Positions 38,455 to 51,669 of a DNA stretch of 64,000 bases are shown here, one piece after another (within the stretch, counting starts at the first letter, position 1; every line of letters begins with the position of its first letter). This DNA comes from Squalus acanthias. Taxonomy: Eukaryota. Under the pieces are notes generated by a model. It saw nothing but the letters and a program-made list of their open reading frames with translations. It was not told where the DNA came from and ran no database searches. The position numbers and the translations under genes were made by a program. The stretch spans positions 68,698,001-68,762,000 of the forward strand of contig CM059438.1 of NCBI GenBank assembly GCA_030390025.1, read 5' to 3'.

Positions 38455-39213
38455 GGGCCAAAAATTCGGCCCTTGCCAGGTGAGTACGCACTGTGTACTC
38501 ACCCGTAAGGCGTCCTGAAGTGCCGGTTTCCTGCATGCACTGTGCATGCACGGGAAACCGGAACTTCCGGTCTGGTGAAGGGAGTGGTTCAGAGGTGAAC
38601 CGCGTGCGCGGTAGAGGCTGCGCGCACGCAGCAAACTTAGTTTTTTTTCAGGTTTCTACGGGAGGGTAAGTATTGAAGAACCTTCGCTTTTAAAAAGAAG
38701 GTGCAGGACCCGTTTTCAACAAGGTAAGTGGTTAATTAATTATAATTTAAAAAATTTTTCAACAGGTTTATCTTTTTTAGATATTTTAAAGAGGGGTAAG
38801 TTTATTTTTAGCACTGTTAAAAAGTATTTTAATTTTTTCAAAAATTTAAATTTTTGTTTAAAGTAGTTAATTTATTTAACTTATAGTTATTTTATAAATG
38901 TGATGGTTTTTTTTTTAATTATTTGAAGTTTAGCTGTTCTTTTGGGGCCGATTTCAATTCATAGATTTGACATCCTGTCAAATCTATGAATGAAAGATGG
39001 TCTGCTGCCATTGGCTCTCCATGGCCCACGTGATCCCAGGGGACGCATCGCACTAACTGCGCCCCTGGGACACGCAAGCACTGCGCGCCGGCAGTTGCAG
39101 CAGACCCAGGAGCTGAAGTTCCCGTGGGCCCAGAGGTCAACGGCAGGCGCGGTAGGTAAGTGCGCACGCGATCCTTACCCCCGCGGCAAGCCGGAGAGGC
39201 GAATTTCAGGGCC
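38455..39213. mobile_element. Harbinger-type MITE with AT-rich centre
   Basis: TIRs GGGCCAAAAATTCG and CGAATTTCAGGGCC; flanks TAT/AAT. Confidence 0.75.
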
Positions 39214-39249
39214 AATAAATATATCTACATTTTCTAGTTCATTAACATT

Positions 39250-39876
39250 GGGCTGGATTTTGTCGTTTCCCAACCACCCGGAGTGCAGAGGACCAATAGA
39301 CCGCGGGAAACACAGAGTTCTGGAATTCCCCCCATGCTGTGGAGTAACTACACAGCGTGCGAGCGGCATAATCAGCAGGTTCCCCGCCCGGAAGCCAGCC
39401 GGGGCAGGGAACGCTGGCCAGGGACACCGCAGGACCAGGAAGGTGCGAGTCTGGGGGGTGGGGTCCCAGGCCTGGCGGGGTGTCCGATCCCCAACCCTGA
39501 GGGGGAGTGAGATCGGTCCTGGAACTCCGATCCCCGATCCCGATGGGGGGAGTTCCGATTCCTGACCCCCCCAAGGACGGGCGAGCTGCTGGTAGGTGAA
39601 CTTGGGGGGCCGGGAGGACGCACTCCTGCTCCTCCCGGCCTGCAAGGATTGCTCCCCGAGGCTGTGCTCGCCTCGCTGCAGCTATCAGGAATCCTGAGCC
39701 CTGGGATCCCCTGTCGCCTGCAGTTAAAACTGCACAGCAACTTAAAGCAGATGCTTCAGGCCTCCTGAGTTAAAGGTGAAAGCGGGCGGGTTGGGGCCGG
39801 GTTTCTGAATTTTGAAACTGTAACTCCCCCCCCCCCACCTCCAACCCACCCATTTTTTCAGGTGAAAATTCCCCCC
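39250..39876. mobile_element. Harbinger-type MITE
   Basis: TIRs GGGCTGGATTTT and AAAATTCCCCCC; TSD ATT/ATT. Confidence 0.85.
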
Positions 39877-40560
39877 ATTGTGTTCCTTTATCTCTGTCTT
39901 GTTAAACCTCAATTTGGTGATGCCCATGTAGGTTTGTGCAATATCGATACAATATTAATGCATTCAGCAACACCATCCTTAATTGCCGTCAAACATTAGC
40001 CATTGAACTGCTGTTAGGTCCAAAGAAATTACAGTCTCCCTGGCGTTGCTGATTTTCAAAGTCTCTAACTTACATTCTGTGACATTAAAATGAACACTAA
40101 TATTACAGTAATAAACATACTTGTCAGAACAGTTTTGTTACTGTTATATTAAATCTATGCAACTAAAATAACCACGAAAAATGGTAATAATTCACTAAAA
40201 AATATTCACGATGCCGCTGATTGCCCTATTTTTCCTTTCTTACTGTTATTTCCTCTGTCCTTTTTTTGATTACACTTTCGTGTCTTATATAACCTAATAT
40301 GCATATTCTATGGTTTTTTTAATCTTAAAGCGTTTTACACAGCTTGATCCTTGGCTCATAATAATTCCTTTGGAGATTGGAGCAACTTCCAAAAACATTG
40401 GACTGTCATTGGCTGAATATTAGCTGCAAAGACTCATTTATCTGCCAGTTGAAGGCTCAGATACTGGCTATCGACATGGTCACATGCTAAATTTTGCCTG
40501 CCAATCAAAACAGGAAGGGCTGTTGACATAAGTGAACACATCTGCATTATACAGACCCTA

Positions 40561-43054
40561 ATATCACTGCAGGAGTTCCTCAGGGCAGTGTCCGAGGCCC
40601 AACTATCTTCAACTGCTTCATCAATGGCTTTCCCTCCATCATAAGGTCAGAAGTGCAGATGTTGGTTGATGATTGCAGTGTTCAGTTCCATTCGTAATTC
40701 CTCAGATATGAAGCAGACCGTGCCCACATGCAGCAAGACCTGGACAACATGCAGGCTTGGGCTGATAAATGGCAAGTAACATTCATGCCACACAAGTGCC
40801 AGGCAATGACCATCTCCAACAAGAGAGAGTCTAACCAACTTCCCTTGACATTCAATGGCATTATCTTCATCGAATCCCCCACCATCAACATCCTGGGGGT
40901 CACCATTGACCAGAAACTTAACTGGACCAACCACAAATACTGTGGCAACAGGAGCAGGTCAGAGGCTAGATATTCTGTGGTGAGTGTCTCACCTCCTGAC
41001 TCCCCAAAGCCTTTCCACCATCTACAAGGCACAATTAAGGAGTGTGATGGAATACTCTCCACTTGCCTGGATGAGTGCAGCTCCAACAACACTCAAGAAG
41101 CTCAACACCATCCAAGACAAAGCAGCCCGCTTGATTGGCACCCCATCAACCACCTTAAATATTCACTCCCTCCACCACCAGCGCACTGTGGCTGCAGTGT
41201 GTACCATCTACAAGATGAACTGTAGCGATTCACCAAGTCTTCTTCAACAGCATCTCCAAAACCCACAACCTCTTCCACCTAGAAGGACAAGGGCAGCAGG
41301 CGCATGAAAACACCACCACCTCCAAGTTCCCCTTCAAGTCAAACACCATCCTGACTTGTAAATATATCATCATTCCTTCATCATCACTGGGTCAAAATCC
41401 TAGAACTCTCTCCCTAACAGCACTGTGGGAGTACTGTAAGGGGTTTTCGGCGTGCTTGTATCGCAGACGGTGCTGGTGCGAGGTTAGGCCTTCGTTGCCT
41501 AATACTATTGCTTGCTCTGGTCTCCGGCCAGCCTTGTTGCAATAAGCACCTGTGAGTGGTTCGACCCACTCGCCCTTACGGTTCTAACACTGGACTTAGG
41601 TGCGAGAGCAGTAATGCAGAGAAAAACTCAAATAGACCCGGTTGAATAGTACGAAATGGAAATCTTTATTGCATAGCGTCCAAAATCATGAAGTACATGT
41701 CATAGGTGCAAATTAACGAGAGTACAAGCATACATACATTCATAAAACTTGGTCTATGGTAATGAAGAACGCACGGCACATTGTAAAAAGGGGAACACAT
41801 TATACTTTATCCTTAATAAAACCACCCTCCCCTATCAATACCTACACTACATCTAGATTTGTAGGATCGGGAAACATGCTCACCACTCGTGATACTTCGG
41901 AGAATTTTAAAGTCAGGCACTCGGCTCATTTCGCTGCAGCGCCTGACTGTCACGTGTTTGGAGGGGTCTCTGTACCCCACTTGTTTATCTTCGCTGCTGC
42001 GGCAAGCAGGCCAGACCGTCTTTTGTCATGTAGAACTCGGCAGAACTCGGACACGTTTGTAGAATTCAAAGAAGAGTCTTCCTGTCCCCGACACCGGTTG
42101 TCGGGAGACTTCAATGAAAAGTTCTTTCTTATATTTTCGGGCGCGGTCGGGGTTTACTGACCGTGGCGGCACGTGGATTCTTCTTCTTCTCGTCTCGTTC
42201 AGCCCGAGTCAAGAGTCAGCAGAGATAAGAGTCGAATCAAGAGAATAAGAGTCAAATCAAGCGAATAAGAGACCGATGGACATTTGTTCTCTATAGTTAT
42301 AGTGCTGTGTTCCCTTATCTCCCGCCCAAATCTTAATGTTTGTCCTTTGTGAAATATTGGCGCTCAAAACTCCCAGCATGGGGCGATTATCTTTTTAACG
42401 GGTTTCGGTAGCACCTGGAACTGGCCAACTATCCGTTAATGTTTTCCCCATTGTTGGCCCAGCCAGGATTGTATGAATCGTCTCCCTGACTGGTTTTGGG
42501 GGCCCCCGAATACTTGCTTAATCACCCGTCGATGTCTCTCTCATTGTAGAGCCGTGGGGGTATTTGTGTATTGATGTGTCTGGATGGGCCTTCGATTGCC
42601 CAGTACAATGAACCTTGCTTGTGCATGGAAAACGATTCCAGCACTCATATCTTTTGCTATTGTCACAAATGCAAACAGGTTGCATCCTGTCTTTATCAGT
42701 GCTTATCGAGTATGATCCCGTCTTATATTGAAATGTTTATTCGAACGCCATCTTGTCTGCCCACTGTAATTCTGGAAGCTTCTGCCACGATGCGCGGCGG
42801 CCATTTTACAGGCTTCTGTGTCCTTTTTTAATCATGACAGCATTTTGTTTAAATAAACTGATCAAACGAATCTGCTTCTCTTTTGTTATTTTGAATCGCG
42901 ATAATTGCGAAACTTTACAGTACCTTCAACACACGGACTGCAGTGGTTCAAGAAGGCAGCTCACCACCACCTTCTTAAAGGCAACTAGGGAAGGGCAATA
43001 ATTGTGGCCTTGCCAACGATGCCCACATCCCATGAATGAATAAATTAAAAAAAA
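40561..43054 (+). mobile_element. CR1-group LINE 3' half (distinct family), split by a solo LTR
   Basis: GVPQGSV, VDDC (from FADDC), WADKWQVTF, YKAQLRSVMEYSPLAW; A-rich tail. Confidence 0.88.
41435..42919 (-). mobile_element. Solo LTR, 1485 bp (ERV or Gypsy)
   Basis: TGTAA...TTACA termini; 4-bp TSD GTAC (41431-41434 and 42920-42923); the LINE rejoins cleanly across it; minus-strand AATAAA at ~41665-41670; strand inferred. Confidence 0.85.
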
Positions 43055-44703
43055 TTAAAACTAGTACCCGATCAAATTAAGTTAGCTGCAGCATGCTGAG
43101 AATTACATTTCAGAAACATGTCTGCAGAAAAGTGTTTATTTGTAACATCTGCAATATTCATTTAACTATCCTTGGACATTTCCAACACCGATGAAAGACA
43201 TTTCATAATACATTGCTTTAAGCAGCTGTAAATAGGAAGTTGATGCTGTCAGTAGGCAGAGGGAAGAGTTAAAAAAGTTTTACATAGTTATCCAGGTTTA
43301 TAATAGCAGTTGGCTTTCAACTGCCAATGTTCCGAAGTAGCCACAGGGGTTACATAATGAAGTCTTACCACCCAACGTCATCCGATCTATACAGTTTCAG
43401 TTCATTTTTCATTAATTCAAGGATCTTTTCAACTCAAGAAACAGAATATTGTGGTAAGATCAATAAACAATTCAAACATTTCACCCTTCCGAAGTCAGAG
43501 TTGATTTCTGAACATTTTTGACTTTTCGTGATCGATGCATGGAATTGAAATGCAACAGTGCCAAACAGTACAAAAGGTCATAGCAAAGGTGCGCCATCAC
43601 CAACAAATTGACGTACCCACCAGTGACTGAACGGCAGTCGTAGGGTCGCTTTGTACTTTTGACCTGTATTTTCGTTATTGGATGGTAACTAATTTCAGGG
43701 TTGACTTGAAGGCAGGTTATTTTTTGAAGCATGACTGTATAGATTTGGAAAACAATAGTTGTACAACACACTTCACCCTCCAAATGTGAATAAAATCCAA
43801 CAGGCTGACAAGAGAACAGAATCAATCTTCTCCTGAAATGCTCAGCAAAAACATAGTAAGCTGTTTTGTAATTAAATGTATTGATCTCAGCAAAACAAAA
43901 TTAAAGGGTTGAACAAATGATCACACTTTAATAGTTTTCAGTGAGCGAAAGGAAAGCCAGACAATTAATGCGCAAGATGGCTGCAAATTGAAAGATGTTG
44001 GAGATAGCTGCAGGAGTGGTGGTGCAATTTACGATAATGGGAGTTAAAGTAACAACTTATTTATTTCTTAGGTAATGGGTAATGGCTTTTAAGGTGCATG
44101 GAAGTATTGAACAGCAAAGAGTTCCCTTAGGGATGGCTTCCTTTATCAATGGTGAAACAGATTAACTGCAGAAAATTCAAACTTCAAATTTAGAAAATTA
44201 TTGATCATTCTTTATGAAGTGATTGGGGCAGTCTTGTAAAAGTTATTATATGTTCAGCTTTGATTATTCTTGATCCTGCATGAATCACTGCTCTAAACTA
44301 AAATGCACACTTGTCCCTATTATGTTCAAATCTGAATGTCAACAACAATATGAGAGTTAGGATCGGACAGCTGTAAATTGCAGTTTGTGCATTAAGCAGA
44401 TAGACGTTTGGGAAATGTAACCTGTTAAATGGGATAGGATCTTCTATCATTTGTATAACAACATGTTTTTATAAACCATTCAGAGATGAATCTTCAGAAC
44501 TTATTATCATGATATTCTTTCCAATGTTCGCTTGTCCTCTTCTGCGGGCAGTGACTCATGCTAGGATATGGTACCATGGGCACCATGGTCATCTGCTGCC
44601 TTACGTAAGTGGCCATTCTTAATGTGTCAGCCCTAGGCAATGAGTGTCAGTACACTGTTCAACCACAGAAGCTATCACAGAAGTGCCTGATCCTATCCTT
44701 GCC

Positions 44704-45145
44704 AGTGTCAGCTGTGGCTCAGTTGGTAGCACACTTGCCTCTGAGTCAGAAGGTTGTGGGTTCAAGTCCCACTCCAGGGACTTGAGCACATAAAGCTAGG
44801 CTAACACTCCAGTGCAGTGCTGAGGGAGTGCTGCACTTTCAGAGGTGCCGTCTTTCAGATTAGATATTAAACCGAGGCCCCGTCTGCTCTCTCAGGTGGA
44901 CGTAAAAGATCCCATGGCACTAATTCAAAGAAGAGTAGGGGTGTTATCCCCAGTGTCCTGGCCACTATTTATCCCTCAACCAACATAACAAAAACAGATG
45001 TGGGAGCTTGCTATGTGCAAATTGGCTGCTGCGTTTCCCACATTACAACAGAGACTCCACTTCAAAAGTACTTCATTGGCTGTAAAGCGCTTTGAGACGT
45101 CTGGTGGTCATGAAAGGTGCTATATAAATGCAGGTCTTTCTTTCT
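44704..45145 (+). mobile_element. SacSINE1-like Deu-SINE, near full length
   Basis: A box TGGCTCAGTTGG, B box GGTTCAAGTCC, Deu-domain-like AGGTGGACGTAAAAGATCCCATGGCACT, tail CTATATAAATGC..(CTTT)n. Confidence 0.9.
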
Positions 45146-45336
45146 AATGGCTACACACATGTGCCTACAACTGTTGCAGTTTCACTTCAAAATACTGTGA
45201 ACTCTCCCTGCCAGTAGCAGTGGGCTGATCAGAATGTGCAACTGGTTGGGATTGAAAGTTCCTCTTGATGGTGTAGAGCTGAGCATGGATTGCTTGTCCC
45301 AGTTATGCCATGAGTAAAGATGTGCTGCCCACTATA

Positions 45337-45443
45337 GAAAGAAAGAACTTGCAATTATATGGTGTTTTACACAACTTCAGGACATCCCAAAGTGCTTTAC
45401 AGCCAATTGAGCACTTTCGAAGTGTAGTCACTGTTGCAATGTC
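45337..45443 (-). mobile_element. SacSINE1-like 3' fragment
   Basis: GAAAGAAAGAACTTGCA...CCCAAAGTGCTTTACAGCCAAT. Confidence 0.75.
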
Positions 45444-45816
45444 GGATTCCTGGTGTGTGAAATCTTTGTTCTGCCATTGTTGAAATCTTCACACATTTCA
45501 AAATCCTGGGGATGAAGGGCAGGTACGGATAATAAAGTTAAAGATAGGGGTTATTATAAATAAGTGCAAGAAATGTAGTCACCCCAAGAAAGTTAACAAG
45601 GGTGTGGCAGGGAATGTATTAAAATTACAAATAACAGGTTAATGTAAATTGCATTACTTATGGAGTGTGTAAAAGAGTGTGCACTGCTGGAAGGGATTTA
45701 CATGGTTGATATCCTTCTTATGTTTAAAGGCAAAACCTGCACTGCGCTAGAGTGACTGAAACACTCGGACTCAACATGAAGATCAAATTGTCAAATGAAT
45801 AGACACCTTGGCAGTG

Positions 45817-46197
45817 GACCTGATTGAGGTGTACAAAATTATGAGGGGCATAGATAGGGTAGATAGAAAGGAACTTTTCCCCTTAGTAGAGGGGTCAATA
45901 ACAAGGGGGCATAGTTTCAAGGTAAGGGGCAGGAGGTTTAGAGGGGATTTGAGGAAAAACTTTTTCACCCAGAGGGTGGTTGGAATCTGGAACTCACTGC
46001 CTGAAAGGGTGGTAGAGGCAGGAACCCTCACAACATTCAAGAAGCATTTAGATGAGCACTTGAAACGCCATAGCATACAAGGCTACGGACCAAGTGCTGG
46101 AAAATGGGATTAGAATAGACAGGGCTTGATGGCCGGCGCGGACACGATGGGCCGAAGGGCCTCTTTCTGTGCTGTATAACTCTATGACTCTATGACT
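45817..46197 (+). mobile_element. CR1 3' end, nearly identical to the 3' end of element C
   Basis: Aligns by eye to 30788-31169 with few substitutions; (CTCTATGA)n tail. Confidence 0.95.
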
Positions 46198-47220
46198 GCC
46201 TGGTATGTACCATACTAATCATATATTGCATGATCTATTTCAGTGTGCACATACGTAGTGATTGTGCACACGCGCTCCATACTTCACATAATTAAAACAC
46301 AAGTGTGGTCTCGATTATAATGTCGGGAATATCAGTATCAGGATTTGGATCATATTTAATGCTGAATGCAATAACTGCTGCACCTCGGAAGCACTTCAAT
46401 TTGCTTTTGTAAAAGATACTGACTGATTTTTTTTTAATTCACAAAATTCAAAGCGTACATTTGCAAGAGTAAAATGACAAAAGGACAATGCAAGTGAAGT
46501 CTATCTAAAAAAGCAATGTATCGAAACAGTATTTGGCTCAACATCCAAAACATTTAATTGGGACTTATGATGCATTAGTTCAATTGTTCAGTTAATCTCA
46601 ACAATCATTTGACTAATTGCTGAAATAGATTCATTAACTTTGCCTACTCTCATGCTTTGATTTCCCTCCATTTTCCATGAGAAATATTCTGCCTGGCAAC
46701 ATTCCAGCTTCTTGCTGATTTTGTTTGTAACTGAAACTCCTTCACGGTCCCACCACCAATTGTGAATGACTGAGTCAGTGTCGCTGTTTGCCTGAAGAGA
46801 ATGACTGTGGATACAAAAAAGAACATTTGAATTTATGCAAATGGTTTGGAATATTCTTTTCATCATGTTGACCAAAATGTTCTAATTTCTTCTAACTTCA
46901 GGAACACAATTTGTTTGCTACAATATATTTGCTCAGCCTGCCAGTAGTCACTTACTCATTCTCATTCCTATCAGGGACATTCGATTGATGGTCAACTGAG
47001 TTGCAGGCTCTGATCGCCAGTGATTTGTGAATTAGTTAGGAACCATGGGGTGAATTTTCCATTGGCTGCACTCCGGTGAGGGCGGTCACAGTGACCTTTG
47101 CACCTGCCCACAATGCACACAGTTAATCACATGGTAACTTCCAAGTACCTACCCTCTTACATATTCAGAACCAGCTCCCAATGAGCAGCTGGCTGATTTA
47201 GGGATTGGAAATCCATCCTC

Positions 47221-47663
47221 CACCAAGTCCCATTCACACGTCACCCCTGTGCTCACTGACCTACATTGGCTCCCGGTCCAGCAACATCTCGCATTTAAAG
47301 TTCTCAGCCTTGTGTTCAAATCCCTCTCTATCTCTGTAAACTCCTCCAGCCATGCAGCCATTCAAGATCTCTGTGCTCCTCCAATTCTGGTCTCTTGTGC
47401 ATCTCCGATTTCCATCACCCCACGATTGATGGCCGGGCCTTCAGCTGCCTAGGCCCAAAACTCTAATTCCCTCTCTAAACCTCTCTGCCTCGCTCTTCCT
47501 TTAAGATGCTCCTTAAAACCTACCTCTTTGACCAAGCTATTAGTCATCTGACTTAATATCTCTTTGTGGTTCGGTGTCAAATTTTGTCCGACAAAGCTAC
47601 TGTAAAGCACGTTGGGACAATTTGCTACATTAAAGCCACTATATAAATGCAAGTTGTTGTTGT
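47221..47663 (+). mobile_element. L2 LINE 3' end
   Basis: HVTPVLTDLHWLPV..FKVL..VFKSL; tail CTATATAAATGCAAG(TTG)n. Confidence 0.88.
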
Positions 47664-48021
47664 AATATGAATCTGTTGGATGGAGCCAATCTCGATGCAC
47701 CAGTAATAATAGACTTAAGCACTAAAGAGACACTTAAGTTGCATAACCGAGGCTCATTTTGTTCATTCAGTTTTGAACAATGTCAAGATTTCAGCAATGG
47801 TAGAACAAAGATGTAGAAAATCTCATTTCACACACCAGGATTCCTACATTACAACAGTGGCTACAGTTCAAAAGTACGTGATTGTCTGTGTAGCACTTTG
47901 AGATGACTTGAGGTTGTGAAAGGCGTTGTATAATCTCATTTCACACACTGGGATGAACCTTGTAATACGCCAGAAAGGGAAAGGAAGGGGAGCAATCGCG
48001 GACTTGCACAGGACTGAAGGA

Positions 48022-48464
48022 ATAGAAACATAGAAACTAGGAGCAGGAGTAGGCCATTCAGCCCATCAAGCCTGCTCCACCATTCAATACGATCATGGCT
48101 GATCATCCAAATCTAGTATCCTGTCCCTGCTTTCTCACACAGAATCCCCACATCGAGCCTGCACCTATCCCACCCTATCCCCGTAACCCCACGTATTTAA
48201 TTCCCCCTAACATATCCCATCCTATCCCCATAACCCCACATATTTAATCCACCCCTAACACTAAGGGTCAATTTATCATAGCCAAATCAACCTAACCCGC
48301 ACATTTTTGGACTGTGGGAGGAAACCGGTGCACCCGGAGGAAACCCACACAGACACGGGGAGAATGTGCAAACTCCACACAGACAGTCACCCGAGGTCAG
48401 ATTCGAACCCGGGTCCCTGGCGCTGTGAGGCACCAGTGCTAACCACTATGCCACCGTGTTGCCC
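48022..48464 (-). mobile_element. HE1-like V-SINE, full length
   Basis: Near-identical to 30280-30708. Confidence 0.92.
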
Positions 48465-48648
48465 GTGGCAGTACATCATTGCCTGAGTCAACTTGAGGTG
48501 GATTATTACCAGGACCTGGATAGAGGTCTGAAAGAGGTCTTGTTTTACTGCTTGAAATAAAAAGCAGCAGGATACGGCAAGAATGTCATCATAGAGAGAC
48601 AATCATGGAGATGCAGGGCATATGTGGATAATAAAGTTAAAGATAGGG

Positions 48649-49449
48649 GGGGCAAAAATTCGGTATCGCCCATTTTGGGGCGCTAATATCAGCCAGGCAC
48701 AAAGTTTAGCGCCTGGCGGGAATTATCACCTCCGACTACAAAATTCGCCTCTATCGCCCCTGGAGGTGATTTGAGCGCTAAATCAGGCGCTACACACCTC
48801 TCTTAAGACGCAAACGTCGGAGAGCGAGGCGCTACCTCAGAACGCTACCGAAGCTCAGGCGATGCCAATTACCATGAAAGCCAGACAGACTGGCGCCGTC
48901 CAGTTCTAAAAGGGGAGGGCCATCTTGCTGGCCAGCCACACCCTGCTCATTGCAGCCTTGAATCTCGGCCTGGAGAGGCCTCAAAAACAATTGTGTTGGA
49001 AGCACTAATGGATAGGCCCACGGAAAGAGCTCGGCACTTAGGAACCTCAAAAGTGGTGCTGAGGGCCAAAACTCCTTAGGACAGGATTAAAACCAAAAAT
49101 TTTGCCGACAAGAAAAGGCAGGAAGCACCCGCCTTTAAATAACGCTCCCCCAGCCCCTTCCCGACTTGAAAACGTTCCCCTCTACCTGTCGTTCCTAGCG
49201 GCAGGCTCTAAGGCAGGGGGCACGACTCAATATCCGGTCTGGGGCACTACCGGGGCATTGCACGCTTGACTGACGTCACGATGTGCGGGCGCAGGAGATC
49301 GTGGCAGTAGTATTTAGCACCGCCGCAAAACGACTGATCAATTTCGCGAGCGGTGCTAACATCGCCGTGCCCGGGCGCTAGCAGCTTTGTCTCCCGTTAG
49401 CGTCCTCTTAGGGCGCTAACGGGAGGCGCAAAGCAACCGAATTTTTCCT
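48649..49449. mobile_element. Harbinger-type MITE related to family H1
   Basis: TIRs GGGGCAAAAATTCGG and CCGAATTTTTCCT; shared subterminal GGGCGCTAACGGGAGGCGCAAAGCAACC. Confidence 0.85.
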
Positions 49450-49985
49450 GGAGTTGTTATACATAAGTGCAAGAAATGTCGTCATCCCAAGAAATGTAGC
49501 AAGGGTGTGAATCACCCGTGTTATCAAGGTGAAGGGAATCAAAGCTTCAGAGGGAAATTTTGTCTTTCTTTTTTACACCCAGTTCAGTGCAGCGTGCATT
49601 AGACACGGACTAAAGCTCTTTGTGCCAATGGTTATGGCTATAGCACACCACAGTAGAACTCCCCTCACTGTTCTGTTGTGACATTTCCACTCCTCCTATC
49701 CCTTAGGGGTGTCCGAGTGAGATTTCTAACTTCTTAACAAATGAAGGGTAATTTATGCTGCAGCCTCATACCGGTTAGTTTGATGTTGATGCACCCCAAG
49801 TGCATTTCACTTGGGAATTAAAGAGCAAAAACCATCATCCTACCAATCTGGGCTGGGTCGAGATGAAACGGCCAAGGGCATGTCTAACTCACAGCGGATA
49901 CCATTCATTGCCCTGCTACAGCAAAATATGAGCTGATGTCTGGATTATTTCCAAGCTAGAGGAACTATTGCACATTCCAGACTAT

Positions 49986-51250
49986 GTGGTTGAGTTTTCG
50001 ATTTGGGCGCAATCGGCAATCCGGGCGCAAATTGCACTCGGAATTGTGCTCGTTTTCCAAAGTGAAGTTGCAGTTCAAGTTGCCACTCAAACTCATTTGC
50101 ATAATCACAAGCATAATCTCTGCCATGAACCAGCGCAATCGGCCACGTTTTAGAACATAATTGTTTATTTTTTTCCCTGGCATTAAAAAATATTAATTGA
50201 TGCATTTAAGAGCGGTAACCTGGTGCAGTTTGATTAATACAGCTGAAAATGGGGTTAATCACAAAAAATAAGCATTTTTAGTCAGTTTAGTCCCAACACT
50301 TGTGAGTAACCCGATTTTAAAACCGTAAATGACTTTAAAAAAGAACTATACAGAACCATTTACTAATTTCATTGGTATACACTTGTCAGTTTCGTAGTAA
50401 ATTAAATATTTGAAAATTTTTTAAAGGAGGCTCCTCGTACCTTTGCAGCTAAATAAAAGCTTAATTTTAAGAGTCTCCACGAAGACACGCAAATGGCCGC
50501 AATCGGCGGAAACTCGCCGTGCTGATTAATTTGATCCGGGGGCGTGGCCAGTTTTGTGGGCGGGGCCGGCTTCCAGTGCGATTTTATTTAAACCAACAAC
50601 AACAACAACTTGTATTTATATAGAGCCTTTAACGTAGTAAAACGTCCCAAGGCGCTGCACAGGAGTATCTTAAGACAACAAATTTGACACCGAGCCACAT
50701 AAGGAGAAATTAGGGCAGGTGACCAAAAGCTTGGTTTAAAGGAGCTTCTTAAAGGAGGAAAGAGAGGTAGCAAGGCGGAGAGGTTTAGGCAGGGAATTCC
50801 AGAGCTTAGGGCCTCGGCAACAGAAGGCACAGGCCACCAATGGTTGAGCGATTATAATCAGATGCTCAAGAGGGCAGAATTAGAGGAGCGCAGATATCTC
50901 AGAGGGTTGTGGGGCTGAAGGAGATTACAGAGATAGGAAGGGGTGAGGCTATGGAGGGATTTGAAAACAAGGATGAGAATTTTGAAATCGAGGCGATGCT
51001 TAACCGGGAGCCAATGTAGGTCAGCGAGCACAGGGGAGATGGGCAAATGGGACCTGGTGCGAGTTAGGACACGGGCAGCCGAGTTTTGGATGAGCTTAAG
51101 TTTACATAGGGTGGAATGTGGGAGGCCAGCCAGGAGGCCAACCAACATAAAAGATCACGGAAACTCGATTTCCGCTGGACATAACTTGCGCTTGAAATTC
51201 TTCAATTTTTGCGCTGGTCTGGCCGATTTCGGGCGAATTGCGCTGGCAAA
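49986..51250. mobile_element. MITE family H6 interrupted by an L2
   Basis: Reverse-complement homology to 35570-36109 on both sides of the L2. Confidence 0.75.
50599..51139 (-). mobile_element. L2 LINE 3' end
   Basis: LIQNSAARVLTRT..ISPVLADLHWLPV; (CAA)n tail; flanking AACCAACA duplication at 50591-50598 and 51140-51147. Confidence 0.9.
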
Positions 51251-51669
51251 AAGGTTAATAAAATGTCATTCATTCAGATTGCGAGCCGATCTCTTTAGTT
51301 CAAAAGCATCACACTTTCAAAGTAATTGCAGCTCCATTTATTTAAATAGGATTGTAATTAATCTCGCTCTTTATGGTCATAAATCTGACTCTTAAAATTT
51401 CCCCAGTGTTGACAGCTCCGTCTTGTGATTAGTTTTTGGACGACGTAGGCTCACATTTTGCCCAAGACAGTGTGGAAAGCCAGAAGCACTGTGCACATAA
51501 CATTCAGATTGTGCACCAATGAGATCTTGTGAACACAAAGGAAAAGGTGGAAACAATCGGATTTCGGGCAAAAAAATCTATGACTGAAGGGACAATCATA
51601 ACTGATATTTCTGTTGAAGTAAAATACATTTTGGCTTATCATTTAAATAAATGTCCAATGGGGATATAT

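Noticed and set aside
41756..42160. 134-aa ORF inside the solo LTR as a viral accessory gene
   Set aside because: No recognisable motif, opposite to the inferred LTR orientation, and its length is compatible with chance
42225..42271. Short direct repeats resembling a CRISPR array
   Set aside because: Tandem with no spacers, inside an LTR, in eukaryotic context
43600..43745. Possible minus-strand exon ending GG|GTACGT
   Set aside because: Weak acceptor and unrecognisable translation
44704..44775. tRNA-like sequences (also ~30640-30708, ~48395-48464, ~62085-62156)
   Set aside because: They are SINE heads continuing into SINE bodies, without a proper cloverleaf or terminator
46620..46800. Possible minus-strand exon after a TTCTCTTCAG acceptor
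   Set aside because: No good donor and no recognisable protein in any frame
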